Source: a virus (taxonomy: Duplodnaviria; Caudoviricetes). Taken from it: a stretch of DNA of 33,177 nucleotides. The position numbers were made by a program, and so were the translations under genes. Shown here piece by piece: positions 25,117 through 33,177 of this stretch; the first letter of the stretch is position 1; the number at the start of each line of letters is the position of its first letter. Below the pieces are notes generated by a model. It worked only from the letters and a program-made list of their open reading frames with translations, was not told where the DNA came from and did no database searches. The stretch spans positions 1-33,177 of IMG/VR virus record IMGVR_UViG_3300020045_002555. One strand, written 5' to 3'.

Positions 25117-25463
25117 GCGAAAAATCCAACTTTTTTAAAACCTATCGAAACCGTTTCCAATATCTCGAAACGAACGCCCGATTTTGTGATATGCAAAACG
25201 CGACCCCGCAAGTATATGCCCACATGAGGGGCATCCCGGTGCGATTGAAATTGCACTAGGCAGGGGCTTAATGGGGCCTTCAGGCGCTTAAATATCCGAA
25301 GGTCTGCCAGTACCACCCGCCTAGCCTTGCGGCCACCTAGGAAGCCTTGTAGAGCATGGCTTATGTCTATACCCGTTTCGTCTTTCCATACCTCACAAAC
25401 TAAATGCGCGCAGTTGTAATTTTGTGGGCAATAGACTTTATTCAAATATTTGTCAACACTCAT
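25110..25463 (-). CDS. NlpC/P60-like tail assembly protein
   Basis: YNCAHLV, HVGIY, VLH. Confidence 0.85.
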   Translation of the reverse strand: MSVDKYLNKVYCPQNYNCAHLVCEVWKDETGIDISHALQGFLGGRKARRVVLADLRIFKRLKAPLSPCLVQFQSHRDAPHVGIYLRGRVLHITKSGVRFEILETVSIGFKKVGFFAC

Positions 25464-25960
25464 AACAAACCGCGAAGTGAAGGGAACCTATCAATTTTAT
25501 ATAATTCGCCAGTTTTGTTAATATTCAATTGCGGGGCACTTGCTTCAAATGTAGAGCCTTCGCGTGTAAATGAGAAACTTTTAATTTCCAATATCAAAGG
25601 GCCAAACATGACGGTATTTAAATCATCAGATCGAAAAGTTCTATATTCCACCCTAGGTTTAATATTGAATGAGTTTGCGGCTGTAATAGCATCTATTTCA
25701 TTTGGTATGACTTCACCTAAATCACCGAATGATATTCGCAACCCTTGATCTAAGTCACCACGCGAACCTAATTTAGTTATCGCCAATTGTTGATAATCGT
25801 GTTGGTATTGAATCCCATTTTCATATCGAAGCAAAGCGCCATTTGTTGAGTTACGAACAAGTCGATACACTTTAGTAAAATTAGGGTGTGATATTTGCAA
25901 ACACTCTAATTCAACAACACTACTTTTTGAACGTAGGAAAAATTCAGAATATGAAGTCAT
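25460..25960 (-). CDS. Minor tail protein (DUF1833 / gpL-like)
   Basis: LE.LQISHP.F...YRLVRN...YKIDRFPSL; synteny. Confidence 0.8.
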   Translation of the reverse strand: MTSYSEFFLRSKSSVVELECLQISHPNFTKVYRLVRNSTNGALLRYENGIQYQHDYQQLAITKLGSRGDLDQGLRISFGDLGEVIPNEIDAITAANSFNIKPRVEYRTFRSDDLNTVMFGPLILEIKSFSFTREGSTFEASAPQLNINKTGELYKIDRFPSLRGLL

Positions 25961-26439
25961 TAATTGATACCGGGTAAATCAATATTTACTAATTTTTCAA
26001 GTGAATTTGTTATAGCCGTAGCATTGGCGACAGAGCCGTATTCTGTAACCATCGTCACATAACTTTCTGAATAGTCAGCATCGTATGAAATAGGCATAAC
26101 TTCTAATTGTGCAGAAACTGTAAATGACAAACCTTGCTGACTGACTAAACCAAAAGTACCCGGCATAAAGTTGGCTTCGTGTTCAGTTAAGTATGGTTCA
26201 TCTAAATATAAATCAATTAAAAATGGTAAACCAGCATTGGCAACTGAATATCTATAAAAGACATTCAAATATTGATAATTTTCACGGCTTAATGTCCACT
26301 GACAACTAACCATTTGTGAGCCGCCGATAATATCTTTACGATAACGCCCGCGACCGCCATCTAATTGCACTCGTAAAATTTCAGTGGCTGAAGCCACCGC
26401 ATATCCCGATTGGTCTGGAGGTAGTATTAATTTTTGCAT
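25960..26439 (-). CDS. Distal tail protein (gpM-like)
   Basis: VQLDGG.GRYR.D; follows tape measure gene. Confidence 0.75.
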   Translation of the reverse strand: MQKLILPPDQSGYAVASATEILRVQLDGGRGRYRKDIIGGSQMVSCQWTLSRENYQYLNVFYRYSVANAGLPFLIDLYLDEPYLTEHEANFMPGTFGLVSQQGLSFTVSAQLEVMPISYDADYSESYVTMVTEYGSVANATAITNSLEKLVNIDLPGIN

Positions 26440-29400
26440 TTAATTACGCCGTCTTTGTGTATTAGTGCTAACACCTAGCGATTTTGAATAAGTGGAGTTG
26501 GGATTACGAATTGCACCAGCCATCACATCAGGGGCGTCACGGGCTACAGTTTCTTTTGCAATTCGGCGGGCAATTATCACAATATCGTTTTCACCAATTT
26601 GCTTTGTTTCAATATCGGCACCGTGATTTTCGATTGTCACGTTCATACCGCCAGAACCCGACGATGTGCCCACATTAGAGTTAGCGCCGACAGATTTAGC
26701 ACCCCGGTTCATGGCCTCCAGCATGGGACGATTTTCGCGTGTTGCCGCTGCGGTCATCACGAATTCTTGACCGTGGACGACCCCTGCAACTGCGTCAGTT
26801 GCCATATTGCCAGTGTAGCCGCCGGATTGAAAGCCCATCATCGAACCCATGATTGCGAGATTTTCAGACATAGCGGTTGTCGCCACAATGCCAGCCATCG
26901 CAGGGGCGCTATTGGCACCAAAGCTGGCGAGGGATACCATTGCCGCAGCGGGTGCCCATGCTGTAGCTGTGAGGCCCGCAGCGGTCACGCTGGCTGTAGT
27001 GGATGCGGCCAATGCCGCAGCCCCAATTGATTCGCCCAATGCCGCGTTGACAACATACTGGATACCCAACTGCACTAGCGAACTAATCAATTGTGACAAA
27101 GCATTTTGGGCTACATTTTGAATAGCACTACCCAAATCTTCAGAATAAACAATTGCACGACCGATACTATCAGCGAATCCGGTATTCAATGTTTGAAAGA
27201 AACTGCCGAAACTCGTAGAAAGTCCAGCCAGCATACCTTGATAATTAGTTAACAAAGTTCCAATTGAACTAAGCGCCATATCGTCAAAAGTACCAACACC
27301 CATATTCAAACGGATATTAGCGGCATCTACACCAAGTTTCACTAAACGCAAAGAATATTGTTCCGCGTCAAGCATTCCTTGTTTGTGGGCAATAGACAAT
27401 GCTTCGGTTTCAGTTCTAACTTTGAGCAATGCACCTAAGCCTTGTTCGTTTATTTTATTAACTGATGATTGCAATTCTGATTGTTTTTGCAATTCTGTTT
27501 TGCGCGCCCGTAATGCAGCAACAGCATTCAGAATGGTTTGATTATCGGTTGTTCGTAGATCAATACCTTTTGCAAGTAAATCATTGGAAATACCTTGCAT
27601 ATAAGATTCAATTTCAGTTTCTTTATTGGTCAACTTAGTTAACGCAAACTGATTATCTAATTCTTTATTAAATTGATGTAATGGATTTTGGGCATTCGCA
27701 ATTGTTTCTTGAGCCAGTAGTGATGCACGGTTGTACTGTTCAAGTGTAATAGTGCCGTCGGCAATTAATTTATTTGCAGCACTCATAGTTGCATTAAATT
27801 GACGCCGAATGCCGTTGTATTCTTCGTCTATTTTACCTGCTTCTTCAGAAACTAATTTATTATCAACAATTGCTGCAATTTTAGATTTAATGCTTTCGGT
27901 TTCATTAGTACTTAATTTTATTTTACGACCAACCAAACCTTCATTAATCTGATTAAACATTTGCTCCTTTTCAAGTGCAGAATTCAATAGATTTTGTGAA
28001 CGCAATTCATTATCGAGTTGAAGTTTAATTTTTGTTATCGCAGTAGCTCGATTTTCTTCTTTTTGCGAACCGGGTGATTTCAGTTTATCTTTTATCGCTG
28101 CTTCAGTTGCGGCAATTGTTTTTGGTTGCAGACGTTCGTCATTTGGGTTAATTTTACGAATATCTTCTAAATCACGACGATAATCAGCTAATGATTTAGT
28201 TAACTTAGTTTGATTGGAAGCCGTTGACGCGGTTAATGCATCAATTCTATCGGATGCAGCAATGCCAGCTTTTTGTTTAGCTTGATCTTCAGCTTTTAAT
28301 GAGGCAACCCGCTCATTCAATTTTATTGATTCTTTTAAAGTGCTGATTTCATTAGCTAATTCTTCAGTAGCCTTACCCGGTTTAATCCCTAAACTTTGAT
28401 TTCGTTCACTTAGCGTTTTAAAATTGCTTTCGAGTAGTGTGAGCTTTTCACCCATTGTTTGCTCGCGCCCGATACCCAACATAGCATCCCATGCACCCTT
28501 GGCGGCACCGCTAACCCCCATCCAAGCCTTTTCCATTAGACCTGCGTTTGTTATGATAGTTTGCGCTCTTTGCTGCATAGCATCCGAGTATGCTTTTTCT
28601 GCGACATTAGCGGCCTCAACTGCGCGGCCTTGTTTATCGAGTGCCTTAATTTGTTCATAAACTGATAACGTCAAATAGTTATAAGTCTTATTTAATTCTA
28701 ACGATGCTTTAACAGGACTATCCGCCAATTTTTGAAATTGGTCAATTGTTTTTGATACAGCTTGACCTGTGGCTTTTTCCATTAAAATAGAAGTTCGCGA
28801 TATGTTTTCGATATTCATACCGGCGAGATTGCCAGCTTTTGCAATTTCAGTAAGTGTTTCTGCGGCTTTACCTTTTGTGCCAACATTAGAAAGATTATTC
28901 TGCAATTCAGCAAAGCGGCTAGATGTAACAGCTACTACATTTCCAGTGAGTGTGTTTTCTTTATTGAAGTCGATTAATTCCTGACGACCTTTTAAGAATG
29001 CTATAGTAAGCACACCTATTACAGTGCCAGTAACTGTAAGCGGATTTATCAATGCCGATAGTCCGGTAGCCAATGCGGTTAGAGCCGGTTTAACACCCCC
29101 AAACATATCTTTCAACTGACCACCTTGTTGTAAAAACACAGTCAATGGTTTTTGGCCACCTTGCAAGGAAACAATAATGTCAGTAATTTGTGCAGGTACA
29201 TTTCGCATTGCTGCGCTGTATTGCTTTGCGGAAAGGCCGTTTTTATCAAATTGAATACCTTGGGTCTTTAAAGCATCTTCTTGTTTTTTCAAAGCTGCAA
29301 TAAATGGGGCGGCTTGTTGAGTTACGCCTAGGTTTGCGGCTTTTAAAGAAAGTAACTCAGATTGACTTTTTCCAATGGCATCATTCTGTGCTTTTAAACT

Positions 29401-29748
29401 AGCTATAAATTTATCGGCTGCGGTTTGAACAGTCTTTGCGCCTGTAGATTGGGCCGCAGCTAATCTTTGCGCCGATAACGCAGCTTGATTTTGTGCGGTT
29501 TCTAAGCGTGATGTTGCTGTAGATAAATTCATTTGAGCAGTCGCAAGTTTTGCACTTGCGGTAGCCGCACTTGCTGTACCACCTGAAATCCCACCGAGTT
29601 TAGAAACACCTAACGCATTCAGTTGCTTTTGCAGAGTTCCGAGGTCTTTATGTGCGCTTCGTGCCTCAATAGCAATTGCCTTAATTTTAACGGCAATGGA
29701 TGACTCTACACTATCCTTAACCTCGATAACAATACTTTCATCAACCAT
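26440..29748 (-). CDS. Tape measure protein
   Basis: 1102 aa Ala-rich; PAQITDI..SL.GGQ.P..V.LQQGGQLKD.FG; GGYTG...GVVHGQEFV. Confidence 0.95.
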   Translation of the reverse strand: MVDESIVIEVKDSVESSIAVKIKAIAIEARSAHKDLGTLQKQLNALGVSKLGGISGGTASAATASAKLATAQMNLSTATSRLETAQNQAALSAQRLAAAQSTGAKTVQTAADKFIASLKAQNDAIGKSQSELLSLKAANLGVTQQAAPFIAALKKQEDALKTQGIQFDKNGLSAKQYSAAMRNVPAQITDIIVSLQGGQKPLTVFLQQGGQLKDMFGGVKPALTALATGLSALINPLTVTGTVIGVLTIAFLKGRQELIDFNKENTLTGNVVAVTSSRFAELQNNLSNVGTKGKAAETLTEIAKAGNLAGMNIENISRTSILMEKATGQAVSKTIDQFQKLADSPVKASLELNKTYNYLTLSVYEQIKALDKQGRAVEAANVAEKAYSDAMQQRAQTIITNAGLMEKAWMGVSGAAKGAWDAMLGIGREQTMGEKLTLLESNFKTLSERNQSLGIKPGKATEELANEISTLKESIKLNERVASLKAEDQAKQKAGIAASDRIDALTASTASNQTKLTKSLADYRRDLEDIRKINPNDERLQPKTIAATEAAIKDKLKSPGSQKEENRATAITKIKLQLDNELRSQNLLNSALEKEQMFNQINEGLVGRKIKLSTNETESIKSKIAAIVDNKLVSEEAGKIDEEYNGIRRQFNATMSAANKLIADGTITLEQYNRASLLAQETIANAQNPLHQFNKELDNQFALTKLTNKETEIESYMQGISNDLLAKGIDLRTTDNQTILNAVAALRARKTELQKQSELQSSVNKINEQGLGALLKVRTETEALSIAHKQGMLDAEQYSLRLVKLGVDAANIRLNMGVGTFDDMALSSIGTLLTNYQGMLAGLSTSFGSFFQTLNTGFADSIGRAIVYSEDLGSAIQNVAQNALSQLISSLVQLGIQYVVNAALGESIGAAALAASTTASVTAAGLTATAWAPAAAMVSLASFGANSAPAMAGIVATTAMSENLAIMGSMMGFQSGGYTGNMATDAVAGVVHGQEFVMTAAATRENRPMLEAMNRGAKSVGANSNVGTSSGSGGMNVTIENHGADIETKQIGENDIVIIARRIAKETVARDAPDVMAGAIRNPNSTYSKSLGVSTNTQRRRN

Positions 29749-29755
29749 GATATTC

Positions 29756-30184
29756 CTAAAACTTTATTGTGGGCAATTTTTTGCGCGTGATGAGTAACGA
29801 CCCTGCCAAAATACCCTGAGGGGCTTGCTTGGAGCTACCATTTTCCAGAGCCCGGATATAGGGGGTATTATTGCTTATGTAAATGGTCTGCCCCGGTTTT
29901 TTTCTTGCCAGAGTAGCATTGCCCACATTTAATGCCTCATTTATGGATGCCGAAGCTGTGTATCCAAGATAACCCGGTACATAAGCCTTGATGAAGCTCG
30001 ACACCGGGGCATCGAATGACACCTGCCAGTTTGATAGCGCGGTGCTTGTATCAACGGGGGTGCGCCAAAGCAAATTGGTCAGTAATTCGCTGGCGACTTT
30101 GACCGCAAAATCGGATGATCGTTTTTCATAGCCCTTTGCTCTTTGCTCAAGGCTATTTGCCAAATCATTTAGGTTTCTTGCCAT
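29756..30184 (-). CDS. HK97 gp10-like tail completion protein
   Basis: TPVDT..A..NWQVS, IYISNN.PYI..LE.GSSKQAP.G; start taken at MARNL. Confidence 0.85.
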   Translation of the reverse strand: MARNLNDLANSLEQRAKGYEKRSSDFAVKVASELLTNLLWRTPVDTSTALSNWQVSFDAPVSSFIKAYVPGYLGYTASASINEALNVGNATLARKKPGQTIYISNNTPYIRALENGSSKQAPQGILAGSLLITRKKLPTIKF

Positions 30185-30497
30185 TTTGCGACTTCTTTGC
30201 AATTCGGGCTGTATGACTTAAATCCATTTGACGAATCAAATATATTAAATCCTCAGTATCCTCATTATTAAGTTCGTATGCAACCGCGTAGTCTTTAATG
30301 CGACTCCAAGGGATTGCAGTTACCCCCATCGAATGCGACCGTTCGGTATCTAAATCAAAAAAGGCTTGCAAAAATAATTGCAAGCCTATTTCAAGTTTCG
30401 GGGCGTTAGCTATAAAGTCTGGCAACGGTTGACCCATCATATAAGACTGTTTAGCTATCGTCTGTTCGTTAGGCCCATGATCTAACAGATACCCCAA
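30165..30497 (-). CDS. Tail assembly chaperone, frameshifted C-terminal part (gpT-like)
   Basis: F.DL.TER..SMG...IPW..I..YA; entered by -1 shift at 30509-30515. Confidence 0.8.
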   Translation of the reverse strand: MGYLLDHGPNEQTIAKQSYMMGQPLPDFIANAPKLEIGLQLFLQAFFDLDTERSHSMGVTAIPWSRIKDYAVAYELNNEDTEDLIYLIRQMDLSHTARIAKKSQNGKKPK

Positions 30498-30505
30498 AAC
30501 CTCGA

Positions 30506-30925
30506 TTAGTTTTTTGCTTGATCTTCCAGCACAGTTTTGCGGAATAGAGCTGCATTATTGGCCTGTGCCTGCAATTCTTTATACACATCAGGCAAATCGG
30601 TTAGCAATTTTCGTGCATTAGCCTTTGTGTATGGGAATACATTTCCATTTTCATCCAGTATATTAGACCAACCCTTCAAAATGGCACTTAGAAAAACGTC
30701 AAAGAAAATAGCGGCATCTTTTTCGGGTGAAAGAATTTTCAAATCAATTTGGCGCTGATAAGGTTTGCTTGCTTCTAGCAAAGCCTTCCGGTACTCCATG
30801 TTGGAATCAGTAATACGGGCCACAATAAATGTGGGCACAGTACCATCATCATTGGCCGCAAATGTGACTTCCGCGCCATTAATTTCAAGGGCTGGATTCG
30901 TTGCGTAATTTTTATACAAACTCAT
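30506..30925 (-). CDS. Tail assembly chaperone (gpG-like)
   Basis: Between tube and tape measure genes; ends GCA AAA AAC TAA. Confidence 0.85.
   Translation of the reverse strand: MSLYKNYATNPALEINGAEVTFAANDDGTVPTFIVARITDSNMEYRKALLEASKPYQRQIDLKILSPEKDAAIFFDVFLSAILKGWSNILDENGNVFPYTKANARKLLTDLPDVYKELQAQANNAALFRKTVLEDQAKN
30509..30515 (-). other. -1 ribosomal frameshift slippery site A AAA AAC
   Basis: X XXY YYZ heptamer just before stop; -1 frame continues LIEVLGYLLDHG. Confidence 0.85.
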
Positions 30926-30944
30926 TTTGATTGTTCCTATAGAT

Positions 30945-30974
30945 AAAAGAAAAGGCCGGTTTTACGCGGCCTTT
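30945..30974 (-). terminator. Terminator after major tail gene
   Basis: AAAGGCCG...CGGCCTTTTCTTTT. Confidence 0.75.
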
Positions 30975-30994
30975 CAGTTTAGCACAATATTAGA

Positions 30995-32545
30995 TTACGC
31001 TGGCATTGCCAGATTTGGCAAATAAGCAAAAGATTCGTGAAGCAGTGTGTAGTTATTCGCGCACTGCACCGCCATTTTTTCCAATGGCAGCATAATTGCA
31101 GCATCTTTCTCTACATTCAAACGACCGCCGCCCAAATCGAGCAATGGAATATCAAAGATGAATCCCGCATTGCGAGAGGCACCGATAATGCTAAAACCTA
31201 CATCGGCATTATTGCGAACAGCTTTGACAGCGGCAATTGTTGTAAAATATGCCGTGATTGAGCCAGTTACTTCAAAGTTACCAATATCAACATCAAAGCC
31301 GCCTAGAGTTCCGATTGCTTTGGATGGGCTTGCGTTATTGTTGATTGCAATACTAGCTTCAGTAGCATAACCGAACAATGAAGTATCGTTAGAACTAGCC
31401 GGGTTAACGACCGACAATTTCATGCGATAAATATGCGAGGATGTGTTATAAGCATCCTCGCCGGGTGCTGCAATTCGAGAACCAGCTTTAATCAAATCAT
31501 CCACATCGCCAGTGCGGTAAGTCGTATCGCAAGCAATAAACGTCAAGTCAACATTCAATTTGTCAGCTTGGGGGATGTTGAGTGTCAATTCATTGGCGAC
31601 CGCACCTTCGAGGTATTCGGCTTGCACAGCATTAGCGCCCATACCTAATTGACGTTCAATGTTGTAGCTACGTTGTTTAATCAAATCTGTAGTAGCTTCA
31701 TTCTTGATAGTCGTGCCCACATAAAAACGGATTGTTTTCGATGTGCCGCTTTCAATAGCTGGCGTCCAAGTTGTATCGTCAAAGGTCAACGCTTTTGCTG
31801 CAACCGTTTTGATCCGTGCATAACCATTGTTATTAACGAAACGGTTTGCAAGTGTGTCATCACCGAGAAACACCCACTTACCGGGAATCAAGTCAGGCAA
31901 TGTCGTGAAATCAGCAGTCGTGGCAGTCAATACGGGAAGTCCACCGACAACGGCCATATTAATGTCACCAGAGCCGAACTGATAGCCTACGCGGGCTAGT
32001 TGAGCCGCTGCGGGTGGGGTAGCCTCATCAGCCAGCGTTTCGGCCACTGTAACAGCGCCTGTGGCCGCTGTAGCGATTGTTCGCAGCCCGTTGTTTGTCG
32101 CAAGTCCGAACCCCGACGCCAGAACCAACTGACTAGCTGCAAAAATACCCAAACCCGACGCGGCCGCATAGGTCTTTGTGCTTGCTGTAACGCTGGTGAG
32201 TGGCACCTGTGTACCGTTTAGAGGCTGAGTGCTGGCCGGTTGACGAGCATCGGCAAAAAAGAACCCTTGCAGCAAGCGAGTTAGATTGCTTTTTGTGAAG
32301 TCGGAATTGAAGCCGCCCGACGCGTCCAGATCGCTGATAGTCCCCTTTTTGTTTTGGCGGGATGGGTCGATCGGGGCACGGGTTACGGTACTCACATCGC
32401 CACCAAAATCGGGATACGAATTCGGCTCCATTGCGCGCCAAACAGCATCAACACCGGCTACACCGGGCAACTGCTTTAGACATTCTTCTTCAGCAATTGC
32501 CAAACCTGTTACATTTGAATTAATTTTATTAATACTGCAAACCAT
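30995..32545 (-). CDS. Major tail tube protein
   Basis: 516 aa; EPNSY.DFGG...R.PI..SRQ.KKG...DLDASGGF; G.FEV.GSITAYF. Confidence 0.9.
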   Translation of the reverse strand: MVCSINKINSNVTGLAIAEEECLKQLPGVAGVDAVWRAMEPNSYPDFGGDVSTVTRAPIDPSRQNKKGTISDLDASGGFNSDFTKSNLTRLLQGFFFADARQPASTQPLNGTQVPLTSVTASTKTYAAASGLGIFAASQLVLASGFGLATNNGLRTIATAATGAVTVAETLADEATPPAAAQLARVGYQFGSGDINMAVVGGLPVLTATTADFTTLPDLIPGKWVFLGDDTLANRFVNNNGYARIKTVAAKALTFDDTTWTPAIESGTSKTIRFYVGTTIKNEATTDLIKQRSYNIERQLGMGANAVQAEYLEGAVANELTLNIPQADKLNVDLTFIACDTTYRTGDVDDLIKAGSRIAAPGEDAYNTSSHIYRMKLSVVNPASSNDTSLFGYATEASIAINNNASPSKAIGTLGGFDVDIGNFEVTGSITAYFTTIAAVKAVRNNADVGFSIIGASRNAGFIFDIPLLDLGGGRLNVEKDAAIMLPLEKMAVQCANNYTLLHESFAYLPNLAMPA

Positions 32546-32555
32546 AATTTTTCCT

Positions 32556-32999
32556 TTAACCTATTTGGTCATATTGATATTCAGAGACAACATTAAGCCT
32601 AAACCAAGATTCTTCAGGTGGCAATTCTTGAACGCGCACATTACGAAACCAGATACAGCTAGATGTTTGCTTGCCTTTAAATACATTCTTGACAAGCTCC
32701 ACCATTTTCACACCATTAGCATATACGCCGGGGCTTTTCGGAATAAAAATCTGAGCATACGCTAGGCCGTCGCTTGTATATCGCTGCCTCAGATCGTTAC
32801 CAGCAATGGCCGATTGATTCTCAAGCACAGTTTGCTGAGATAGCCGAACCCATATTTTATCTGTGGGCATTGCAACCCCACTATCAACACCCTGATAAAT
32901 AACAGTCGGTTGATAACCAAGCAAAGTTAATATTGCAGGTTTTGCCAAATTATATTGGGCAAATAATTCGTTTCTAGCATCATAATATGAAGCTATCAT
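32556..32999 (-). CDS. Tail terminator protein
   Basis: WVRLS...G....QIF.P...IWFRNVR..E; directly upstream of tube gene. Confidence 0.8.
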   Translation of the reverse strand: MIASYYDARNELFAQYNLAKPAILTLLGYQPTVIYQGVDSGVAMPTDKIWVRLSQQTVLENQSAIAGNDLRQRYTSDGLAYAQIFIPKSPGVYANGVKMVELVKNVFKGKQTSSCIWFRNVRVQELPPEESWFRLNVVSEYQYDQIG

Positions 33000-33176
33000 T
33001 TTGCTTTATTCTTTGGGTTAACCCATTCTTAAATTTGTTTCACTGCTTCATTTGGATTTGAATAAACCAATGTTGAAATTTGCAGACGTTAAAGGTTTAG
33101 TGCCATACCAATATAAGCCTATTGAAGAAAAAGAATGTGTTAAACCAAAGAATAATGCAAAATGATAGCTTCATAT
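32985..33176. repeat. 46-bp inverted repeat (43/46) with 100-bp loop at window end
   Basis: 32985-33030 is the reverse complement of 33131-33176. Confidence 0.9.
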
Positions 33177-33177
33177 C

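Noticed and set aside
7083-32765. Many antisense or alternate-frame ORFs in the track (e.g. 7083, 12543, 12664, 17162, 20403, 26599, 31649, 32286)
   Set aside because: Shadows of well-supported genes, no motifs or RBS

Overview
Partial genome of a tailed dsDNA phage (siphovirus; gene order recalls Pseudomonas 73 / Burkholderia KL1-like phages; a proteobacterial host is an inference). 1-6300: early/accessory region of tiny genes, many with their own sigma70-like promoter, split by a ~550-bp origin-like non-coding stretch. 6330-6790: 12-bp repeat array and a probable small RNA. 6794-20143: replication/recombination module (prim-pol/helicase, HTH, MazG, tRNA-CAT, Sak4-like ATPase, Acb2-like protein, SSB, Cas4-like nuclease, SF2 helicase, beta-clamp, family B polymerase). 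20145-32999 (minus strand): tail module from tailspike to tail terminator. No integrase, capsid, terminase or lysis gene was recognised. Most notable: a stand-alone protein carrying a paralogue of the primase-helicase C-terminal domain, each paralogue lying next to its own repeat array; a 21-aa micro-ORF conserved at protein level with the N-terminus of a neighbouring protein; a structured sRNA aimed at the repeat array; and DIPF tails on non-SSB proteins. All family calls come from motif recognition by eye; no searches were run.
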